Of a DNA stretch of 64,000 bases, positions 51,787 through 59,482 are shown one piece after another. A program made the translations under genes and the position numbers. Source of the DNA: Schmidtea nova. Lineage: Eukaryota. The DNA lies in the NCBI GenBank assembly GCA_044892505.1, contig CM097883.1, positions 391,406,001-391,470,000 on the forward strand, written 5' to 3'. Position 1 is the first letter of the stretch. Each line of letters begins with the position of its first letter. Below the pieces are notes generated by a model. It saw only the letters and a program-made list of their open reading frames with translations, was not told the DNA's origin and did not search any database.

Positions 51787-51859
51787 ATGTTTGAGCTCTG
51801 CTCAAAACATTAATTTTTGAGCTCTGCTCAAACTAATAATGTTTAAGCTTTGCTTAAAC
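51787..51859. other. Three tandem stem-loops overlapping and following the MCP stop codon
   Basis: TTTGAGC-TCT-GCTCAAA twice (51790-51806, 51816-51832) and GTTTAAGC-TTT-GCTTAAAC (51841-51859). Confidence 0.7.
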
Positions 51860-53074
51860 CAGTACAGTTCGATTCGCAGTAATTTGTACTTCATTTTCAA
51901 ACAATCCATATATTATTACATGAACCGGTTCGTCAATGGCTTTACCAAATTTGATATCTAATCGTAAATTCCCATTTTGCGGGATTTGACTTTGATTCAA
52001 ATCAAAATCAGGAGCAAGAACAAAAGTAAAGAATGGATAACTTGATTTAAATTCATCGAGACTTATACCACAATTCAAGTTTTTATCTAAATATCCTAAA
52101 TTTCTAACAAGACTTTGCATATATGTGGCACTAAAATTATCATTTTCAAAATCTTGAGTATAAGTTTCTCGATAATCGGTATTTTTCGATAATGATAATG
52201 AAGTTACATTAAAGTGTTTGAATGTAGATGAAGATTCAGCATAAGACCCGTTATATTGATTTTCTGTTTGAAAAGCTACAAGAATGAAATTAGGCATTCT
52301 TCTATCTCCAAATATTTGCTCCTTGTAAAATGATGATGCACCTTTACCAATTGCAAACGATACGATTTCTTTGGATTTTATCGGATAAATTGCATGTTTG
52401 CTATTTAAACCAATTTGATGACCGGCCAAAACTGAAGATTCACACCGAACTCTTCGAACCATTAATTTAGCGTCTACTAATTGGAGTATTGGTTTCCCAG
52501 TTGCTGATTTCAATGATAATGCAGAATCAGATCGCTTCAATCTAATATGTACATTAACTCCGGGAAGTAAGTATTTAGGTTGATCCATAAAATCGAGTTG
52601 TAATGATGAACACATGTTAAAAAGTTTCGATCCCTTGATCCACTTTTTTCTATCGTCACTTGCCGCATATCCCATTGGAGTAAGACAAGTTTCTTTTGAA
52701 TCATTCGTATAATTTAAAATAGTTTCGATTATTGCCTTGTGTGCATAAGTATTGTTTCCACCCTCGATTTTTATATTATTAAATCCAAGAATTGCATCTT
52801 TGAAAAGTGTATGAAACAGGTAATTATTAGGTACTACATCACTCGCATCAACTAAGTTCTTTTTATCTTTATCTACAACTTTGACCGTAACGGATAATAA
52901 CGTATCGTTCAAATCCAAATATTCGGTTTGTGAACCATTAATGTAAAATTCCACATCATTTCTACTATCTGTAATAGAATTCATTGGAAACACATCTTCA
53001 AACACCCCATATTCAATAACTGCTTGGGGGCTTGGTCGATCAAAAAGACATAATTCAGATTTACCGCAAATCAT
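51854..53074 (-). CDS. MCP: Double jelly-roll major capsid protein (406 aa)
   Basis: ELCLFD...P....VEFYI.GS..EYLDLNDTLL at the N-terminus and GNLRLDIKF...V.IIYG at the C-terminus are typical of Polinton MCP. Size and position fit. Confidence 0.9.
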   Translation of the reverse strand: MICGKSELCLFDRPSPQAVIEYGVFEDVFPMNSITDSRNDVEFYINGSQTEYLDLNDTLLSVTVKVVDKDKKNLVDASDVVPNNYLFHTLFKDAILGFNNIKIEGGNNTYAHKAIIETILNYTNDSKETCLTPMGYAASDDRKKWIKGSKLFNMCSSLQLDFMDQPKYLLPGVNVHIRLKRSDSALSLKSATGKPILQLVDAKLMVRRVRCESSVLAGHQIGLNSKHAIYPIKSKEIVSFAIGKGASSFYKEQIFGDRRMPNFILVAFQTENQYNGSYAESSSTFKHFNVTSLSLSKNTDYRETYTQDFENDNFSATYMQSLVRNLGYLDKNLNCGISLDEFKSSYPFFTFVLAPDFDLNQSQIPQNGNLRLDIKFGKAIDEPVHVIIYGLFENEVQITANRTVLV

Positions 53075-53451
53075 TCTTCAAATATAGTTCCATGACCTTT
53101 CATTCGTTTGTTTATACGTTTTCGTTTACGTCTTGGTCCTACTGGTACAGGTTCCGGTTCATTTTTTGTAAACATATTTGTAATTGAAGGAATCATTTGT
53201 GTTACAGCAGGTATAGCTTTATTAACTGCGGCCAAAGCATTTGTTTTCAATGACGGTAATAGTTTATTATCTTTCATGATTACATCCTTGGCAGTATTGA
53301 ATCCAAAACTACCTAGTCGCTTAAGTATTGGAAGTGCAAATCTTCCAATAGTTTTTAACCAACCTGATCCATACTGTTTACCTACAAAATACGGTAATTC
53401 GCCACCGGTTTGGCTATTACTGTACAATGAAATTATATCGGGATTACTCAT
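53071..53451 (-). CDS. Small virion protein with an amphipathic helix and basic tail (pVI/PZ-like, 126 aa)
   Basis: QTGG and QYGSG candidate protease sites, helix GWLKTIGRFALPILKRLG, and NLS-like PRRKRKRINKRMKG. Its stop overlaps the MCP start codon (ATGA). Confidence 0.7.
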   Translation of the reverse strand: MSNPDIISLYSNSQTGGELPYFVGKQYGSGWLKTIGRFALPILKRLGSFGFNTAKDVIMKDNKLLPSLKTNALAAVNKAIPAVTQMIPSITNMFTKNEPEPVPVGPRRKRKRINKRMKGHGTIFEE

Positions 53452-54490
53452 TTAATCTACGAAAATGTAATGTCAAATGCGTTTTTGAATCTTTTGGAAA
53501 ATTTATTAATTTACCACTATCGTCACGTATATTTATTTCTATATTGTTTATACATGAGGTAGAAATAGGTAAGTACATTGGATTATCCATTACTATTTGT
53601 ACAACTTCATCCTGTTCATATTTTTCGATCCATACCGATTTCAGTAGAGGAACCAGAGTATCACCGACAATTATTGGTTCAATAATGTTACTGTAAATGA
53701 ACATTTGTTGATGATGAACAAGTATTTTAGGTTTCACAGTCCCATCGACAAGGTTTCGGTCTCTATACGTTTGTTTAGCTAATCCTAAAGTATTGACCAA
53801 GTTTTTATCAAATGTAACTTCACTAATATTATCATTGAGACAGAATTGGAACCATTTATTAATCTCTAGAGTTTTAAAGATATGGGAACAATTGAATGAT
53901 AAATATTTAGATAAATCTTCCAGTTGCATTATATACAAATCATTTGCAAATGTAAATGTATCTTCAATTTCTGCATCATATGATATTGTCACTGTAAAAT
54001 CTTCTTTCAAATAACTATTCGGTTCAAATAATATGAACTTTAATTGATATTCTTTTAGTGTACTTACAATTTTAAGTTGATCACTTCCCATTCGCTTGGC
54101 TTCTTCAATATTTTTAAATGTAATTGTATATGGAGTAAAATCACAATTAATATTTAAGCAACCATTGCTGAAATACATACTACAATGAACATTCAAATTT
54201 TGGTTAGGAATAGTATATATCCTTTCAAAATTGTTGATGATGAATTGACCACTGCATGTTCTATTTTCAATTCTTTTGTAATCAATCTTACATTGACTAT
54301 AAAATGGAAATGTATTGTACACAAACGTGAAATCTTGTAATGCAACTTCCCAATTACCATCTAAATAAATTGGATTTTGAAGATTGACCATGAATTTACT
54401 GGCTTGATTGTCTGGATGTATTAGGGGACAGCTATTACTTGGTAATATAGTATAGAAATTCACTTTACTAGGTCTTTTGACGATATCCAT
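53444..54490 (-). CDS. mCP: Minor capsid protein (penton, single jelly-roll, 348 aa)
   Basis: FYTILPSNS...F.VNL..PI.L.GNWEVAL and IYSNII...VGD..VPLL...YLPI...IEINIRD...LHFRR. Confidence 0.88.
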   Translation of the reverse strand: MDIVKRPSKVNFYTILPSNSCPLIHPDNQASKFMVNLQNPIYLDGNWEVALQDFTFVYNTFPFYSQCKIDYKRIENRTCSGQFIINNFERIYTIPNQNLNVHCSMYFSNGCLNINCDFTPYTITFKNIEEAKRMGSDQLKIVSTLKEYQLKFILFEPNSYLKEDFTVTISYDAEIEDTFTFANDLYIMQLEDLSKYLSFNCSHIFKTLEINKWFQFCLNDNISEVTFDKNLVNTLGLAKQTYRDRNLVDGTVKPKILVHHQQMFIYSNIIEPIIVGDTLVPLLKSVWIEKYEQDEVVQIVMDNPMYLPISTSCINNIEINIRDDSGKLINFPKDSKTHLTLHFRRLNE

Positions 54491-55507
54491 GATGGTTCTT
54501 TATATCCATGCCACTTTACATAGTATTGTTTATCCTTACCTACCACTTTAGTTTTCAATATTTTTTGAATTCTAAATATTGTGGGAGGGGGAATAACTTG
54601 TAATTCTTGTTCATAGAATTTCCCACTGACTATATTGTTATCAGAGTCAGAAATAGTATACATGACAGGATTCTGGACTGTGTTGACTTTCGATATTTTA
54701 AATACCTCATCACTCCAATTACTATCAAAATTTTTAATGAATGGCGATGCACTAATTTTACTAATTCGAACATGATCACCTATTTTATATTTTGGTTTCT
54801 TTATTTTTGTATCATTCAAAATATTTTCAGTATCAACTACTTCAGCAGGTTTCTTTCCATTTATACCTCGATGAGCAGAATGATTATAACTATGAATCAT
54901 TTGTGGTAAAACATTAATCCATGTTTTATTCCCTTGATGCACAAAATATTTTTTGAGACGATCTCGTAATGTACGATTAAATCTTTCAACATGAGCGGCT
55001 TTGAATTGAGAGAATACTGAGTAATGATTGATTCCCTTTATAATTTCTTTGACTTTGCTATTGTAAAATTCCTTACCTAGATAAATAATTATCATTTTAT
55101 AAAATATTTATTAGCTTACCTAAATCAGTTTGTAAATTAGTTGGACGTCCACTTTTGAACATTGTTTTGATTGCGATTGCCATATCATTAGCAGATTTAG
55201 ATTTTACCGGAATAGCTCGAGCGAAACGACTGTAAACATCAATACATGTTAAAATATACTTGTATCCCTTGTTAATTTTTGAATACGGAATCATTTCCAT
55301 CAAATCCATTTGCCACAAATCATTAATTCTATATGTTTTATATGCTCGAGTCGGAAACCGTTTCAGCATCGGTTTGTTTAGACTGTATGCAAGTTGCCCC
55401 GATAACCAACTTTGAGTCTGTTTTTTCGAATTCGATACATTTTTGCTTAGCTTTTCGACTCCACCGAAACCTGCTTCGTGTTTTGGGTTGGTCCAAATCT
55501 TCTCCAT
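54460..55507 (-). CDS. INT: Retroviral-like DDE integrase with a C-terminal chromodomain (334 aa, two exons)
   Basis: WQMD (D), QTDLG|KEF (D) and HVERFNRTL (E). Chromodomain IQKIL...YYVKWHGY..PSW. A 43-nt GTAAG...CTAG intron (55077-55119) joins the two ORFs in frame, 1005 nt in total. Confidence 0.93.
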
Positions 55508-55562
55508 TACAACAAGAAGATTTAAAGTTTAAATTAAGATTAGGCAATGATTGTCCCATTGT

Positions 55563-56105
55563 TTATGACTGTTTTCCTAATAAACCAGCACCTCCTAATA
55601 GTGATAATGCTAATGGTAACAATGCTGCAATAAACCCTCCTTGTTGTTTATATATTATTTTACGCATTAATTTTCTATTTTTGGTTTTTACAAGTGATAA
55701 CAATGGTTTCTTGTGTTTGTTCAAAACTCTTCTATTAGATTCACTTATATTGATTTTACCTCTAACAACTTTAATTAAAATCATTAGTAAATCGTCAATA
55801 ACGTAATTAGGAAACGATTGTAAAATACTCATTCTTCTAATACTAGGGGCTTTAAGTAATGCATTGAAAAATGGGAAACTACGATGATGTAGTTGTTTTG
55901 GATTTGGTTTGTAAGTATTTTGAATACGATTACTTTTTGGGATATTATCAATAAGTAATTTTTTAGATGGTGTATAACTAGTTTTTGAAACTGGTTTCTT
56001 TGTTTTCTTTGTAAATACTTTCTTTGAAACTAATTTCTTTCCCGGTTTCTTCATTTTTCTAGCCTTTATCAAGCGCTCAAACTTTACTCTAGATTTCATT
56101 AACAT
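55563..56105 (-). CDS. Lys/Arg-rich core protein with an adenovirus pX-like hydrophobic tail (180 aa)
   Basis: Highly basic N-terminus. C-terminal QQGG|FIAALLPLALSLLGG resembles adenoviral pX GGFLPALIP. A homologue is present in relic B. Confidence 0.7.
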   Translation of the reverse strand: MLMKSRVKFERLIKARKMKKPGKKLVSKKVFTKKTKKPVSKTSYTPSKKLLIDNIPKSNRIQNTYKPNPKQLHHRSFPFFNALLKAPSIRRMSILQSFPNYVIDDLLMILIKVVRGKINISESNRRVLNKHKKPLLSLVKTKNRKLMRKIIYKQQGGFIAALLPLALSLLGGAGLLGKQS

Positions 56106-56125
56106 GATTGATAATATACATCTAG

Positions 56126-56749
56126 TTAACTTTGTTTATAAACCATGGCTCCTTCCTTGTTGAAAATATCTGTTCTAACTCTTAAATCATCACTACATTG
56201 TTGCGTGAAATCAAGAAAAAGATATCCATGAGGGGCTTTTGTGGCATCTTGGAATGCTTCAATCAAGAAATTACGATTAGAAGGGTATGCTTGTCTTGCA
56301 AGAAAATCAATAACTGTTGCGTCTCTAGGATTTTTGAAAACAGCAAGATATTGAACATTTAAATTACGAGTTCGATGACTGCCGCCCTGATGAAATAAAT
56401 TCTGAGTTATAAAAATGACTGTAACACCCTTGTGTCTAGCGATTTTTGTAAATAAATTATTAAAATCCTTTTCTTTATTTGCTTCTTGGTACAAATCATC
56501 AATAATAATCACATCCCCTTCTCTTAATCTTGATGACCAATTTTTATCGAAACCTTTTATTATAGTCATTTTTATTTTACAAAATTGATCTTGAGTCATT
56601 CCATGTTCATCATCCGCACCCCTATGCCAATAAATTTTATTAAACTTTGATTTGAATAATTTTGATTGTAATAATTTACAAACAAATAAAGTTTTTCCAC
56701 TCCCGCTCGGTCCAACAATTTGAAACACTGCATCATTTCTTAATTCCAT
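56126..56749 (-). CDS. ATPase: A32/FtsK-HerA-family genome packaging ATPase (207 aa)
   Basis: Walker A GPSGSGKT, Walker B IIIDD and the RH...FITQ motif. Confidence 0.95.
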   Translation of the reverse strand: MELRNDAVFQIVGPSGSGKTLFVCKLLQSKLFKSKFNKIYWHRGADDEHGMTQDQFCKIKMTIIKGFDKNWSSRLREGDVIIIDDLYQEANKEKDFNNLFTKIARHKGVTVIFITQNLFHQGGSHRTRNLNVQYLAVFKNPRDATVIDFLARQAYPSNRNFLIEAFQDATKAPHGYLFLDFTQQCSDDLRVRTDIFNKEGAMVYKQS

Positions 56750-56846
56750 TTTTCAAATTTTATTAATTTATTATTATTGTTTATATTTGTTTAAAATAAT
56801 AGTTGTTTTTATTATTGTCATTTTTAAAAAAAAAAAAATTTCAGTA

Positions 56847-57314
56847 ATGATTAGCAACATAAATTATAAGGGTAAGACTGATGTATCTCACATGAATTTT
56901 CCAAATGGGAAACCACAGCAAATTGTTGATAGATGTGGTAAATATCCGATAATATATTTTAAGACCGGGAGATATAGAATTATGGGATGTAAGGAATTTA
57001 TTAGTGATGAAAAAGTAAAGTTTTACAATTTAACAATACAATCAATCACTGTTACGACAGACTTGGGATTTAATTGTAATTTAAATGATTTGGCTAAATT
57101 AATAGAATGTGTTTACGAACCAGAAATATTTCCAGCTTTGAGATATACAAAATATAACCCCATGTGCGTTAATATATTTGCAAGCGGTAAAGTAGTTATA
57201 TTAGGTTTAAAAAACAAAGACTATTTAAATATAGTTGATATTATTATTAATGATGTAAAATCAATTATTGAAGATAAAGCCTTTGCCGATTTCATATTAT
57301 CGTGTGACTCATGA
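56847..57314 (+). CDS. TATA-binding-protein-like protein (155 aa from ATG 56847)
   Basis: Two-repeat TBP pattern: ISNI...IYFKTGRYRIMGCK and IQSI...YEPEIFPAL.Y...NIFASGKVVILGLK. The canonical TBP repeat 2 reads IQNMV...YEPELFPGLIY...LIFVSGKVVLTGAK. Confidence 0.85.
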   Translation: MISNINYKGKTDVSHMNFPNGKPQQIVDRCGKYPIIYFKTGRYRIMGCKEFISDEKVKFYNLTIQSITVTTDLGFNCNLNDLAKLIECVYEPEIFPALRYTKYNPMCVNIFASGKVVILGLKNKDYLNIVDIIINDVKSIIEDKAFADFILSCDS

Positions 57315-57339
57315 TTGCAATAAATCTACAATATTAATG

Positions 57340-57460
57340 CACGATTCTGATTGGTTCAGTGTGTATATCGATAATAAAGACATGTCATGCATGCTCGAAT
57401 TTGATTGGTTCAGTGTGTAATATTTTGTACATTCCTTGTGTTTCTATCGTATATATACAA
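57340..57460 (+). promoter_or_regulatory. Putative Pol II promoter
   Basis: GATTGGTTCAGTGTGTA twice (57349, 57403), AAAGACATG at 57376 and TATATATA at 57450, upstream of ATG 57498. Confidence 0.5.
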
Positions 57461-57497
57461 TTAACATTTTGCTATCATTTATATTCACAATCACAAA

Positions 57498-58136
57498 ATG
57501 CCAGAGATAATGAAATATGGTAAATTTTAAAGTTTACTATTTTTTCATTTTTATAATTTTTTCATTTTAGAGAAATTAATTTCCGTACTTTACGGTAAAC
57601 TTGAGGAAATCTATCCGATGCTGATGCCGAAGCTGACCTATACAGCACCGGAGCTCTTTCCCTACAAAATTCAATGCCTGACTGGGATCGATATTCATCA
57701 GGTCTTACTGGATCATCTGGCTAATCGGGACAGTGAAATGCCATATATGGCGGAGCACATCTTGTGCGCATACCAATGCGGCCATTGTATGGACCGTATA
57801 CAGAAGTATCGGGTCTGGATGTTACGAAACGCCCTCCACCAATTTGAAATGGATTCCAAGAAATTGGAAAAAATTGACGAGGAGGACGAGATTCCAAAGC
57901 AATGGACAAATTCAACACCCGAAGCGTCGGATGATGAAAAATCGCCAGATTGGGATAAATCGCATGATTGCGATAATTCACCTGATCATTTAGATGAATT
58001 GCCTGAAATACAATTATCTTTTGGTTGTTCGACTGCTATGGATCAATGCGACGAAAATAAGTGTATTGAATCGCCTCAATCGCCTGATTGCGATCAATGC
58101 CATCGCAAGCTTTCAAATATAGAGATTGCAGAATAA
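57498..58136 (+). CDS. Conserved Polinton orphan protein (about 195 aa, two exons) with Cys/His clusters and an acidic SP-rich tail
   Basis: Exon 57498-57519 and a 51-nt GT-AG intron (57520-57570) join in frame to the 172-aa ORF. A homologue with an AG acceptor at a similar position is present in relic B. Confidence 0.7.
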
Positions 58137-58559
58137 ACATTATTAATGTTATATGTTTTTATTTGTGTATTTTCTTTTTATGTAGACACATTTTATGTAG
58201 TGACATTTTATGTATTCACATTTTATTATTTAATAAATCTTTTATCATTGTTATTTTAGTTTTTTCTGTTTCAGTTTTTTATTTTGTTAATGAGTTATTT
58301 ATTAAGTTTTTAAATAATTTTAAAATAATTTTTATTTAGTTTTTTGAAATGAAATAGGTTTACTAATAATTTATATTAAGTTTAAAATAAGTTTTATTTA
58401 AATGAATTATGTTTAATAGTAATTTTTATAAATAAAGACAATTTCAATAATAAATACACATGCATGAATTAATTACAACAAAGTCATGTATTCCAAAATC
58501 AGTTTCAACAAAATAAACATACATGTATAATTAACACACGACAGACATGTAGCAAATAC

Positions 58560-58705
58560 GTGTGCAACAAAGACATGCATGCAACAAGTACTAATGTATG
58601 CAACAAAGACATGCATGCATGCATGTAACAAAGACTTGCATAACATGTGCAGTTAGAATGCGTCATTTTGATTGGACAAAGGCATTACTCATCACTATAA
58701 ATACA
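58560..58705 (+). promoter_or_regulatory. Putative Pol II promoter
   Basis: AAAGAC(A/T)TG three times (58569, 58605, 58630), TGATTGG at 58669 and TATAAATA at 58696, upstream of ATG 58740. Confidence 0.55.
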
Positions 58706-58739
58706 AAGACATTTTTCAGATGTTGTCACAATTTCAAAA

Positions 58740-59156
58740 ATGCCAGCACGTAAATCAACTTATGACATCAGTGAAGAAAGAAAAATCAATAATGAAGTGA
58801 AACCAGTACAAATGTATTACGATTACAAAATTTATTTCCTGGTTCAAGAAATACCATTTCGTTTGTCGTATCCAGTGAAATTAACAAAGTCATTGTATGA
58901 CAATTTAGCTGCAAATCTAAATAAAGAAGATGTTGTTGCACTAAATAAAGTTTTATTCAAAATCAATAACAATTTAAGTTGCAAGGAAACTATATGGATT
59001 AACAACCGGAAAACTCGTTTCCATGATGCTTTCCAATCTATCGAATACAAGGATCAAGAAAATTGGTTTATTACCATAATCATTCAGGGATATAAAATCG
59101 ATACAAAAGATGTTATAACTCCAATTTGGAGAATTGACAGTGCACGATATGCATAA
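58740..59156 (+). CDS. Orphan protein (138 aa) beginning MPARKST; C-terminus possibly OB-fold/SSB-like
   Basis: Clean ORF with a good upstream promoter. ITIIIQGYKI...ITPIWRI is a beta-rich pattern that only loosely recalls viral SSBs. Confidence 0.7.
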   Translation: MPARKSTYDISEERKINNEVKPVQMYYDYKIYFLVQEIPFRLSYPVKLTKSLYDNLAANLNKEDVVALNKVLFKINNNLSCKETIWINNRKTRFHDAFQSIEYKDQENWFITIIIQGYKIDTKDVITPIWRIDSARYA

Positions 59157-59482
59157 CTGTTATTTTATAAATGTTATATTCAATAAAATTTAGTAATTTC
59201 AATTTTAGTTTTTGATTGTTTGAATTTTTATAAGNNNNNNNNNNNNNNNNNNNNNNNNNNNNNNNNNNNNNNNNNNNNNNNNNNNNNNNNNNNNNNNNNN
59301 NNNNNNNNNNNNNNNNNNNNNNNNNNNNNNNNNNNNNNNNNNNNNNNNNNNNNNNNNNNNNNNNNNNNNNNNNNNNNNNNNNNNNNNNNNNNNNNNNNNN
59401 NNNNNNNNNNNNNNNNNNNNNNNNNNNNNNNNNNNNNNNNNNNNNNNNNNNNNNNNNNNNNNNNNNNNNNNNNNNNNNNNNN

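Noticed and set aside
51787-51859. Histone mRNA 3' stem-loop
   Set aside because: Stem sequence and the 3-nt loop do not match the 6-bp stem/4-nt loop consensus; kept only as an unexplained structure.
54460-55507. Integrase as a frameshifted pseudogene
   Set aside because: A canonical 43-nt GT-AG intron restores the frame and the TDLGKEF motif, and the same position is interrupted in relic B.
53108-55806. Plus-strand ORFs opposite the Polinton genes (similar ones lie opposite pPolB and the Gypsy relic)
   Set aside because: Antisense shadows of real coding sequence with no recognisable motifs.
56787-57314. TBP-like ORF as the host TBP/TRF gene
   Set aside because: It lies inside the TIR/TSD boundaries, is far more divergent than cellular TBPs (especially repeat 1), and recurs only in Polinton relics.
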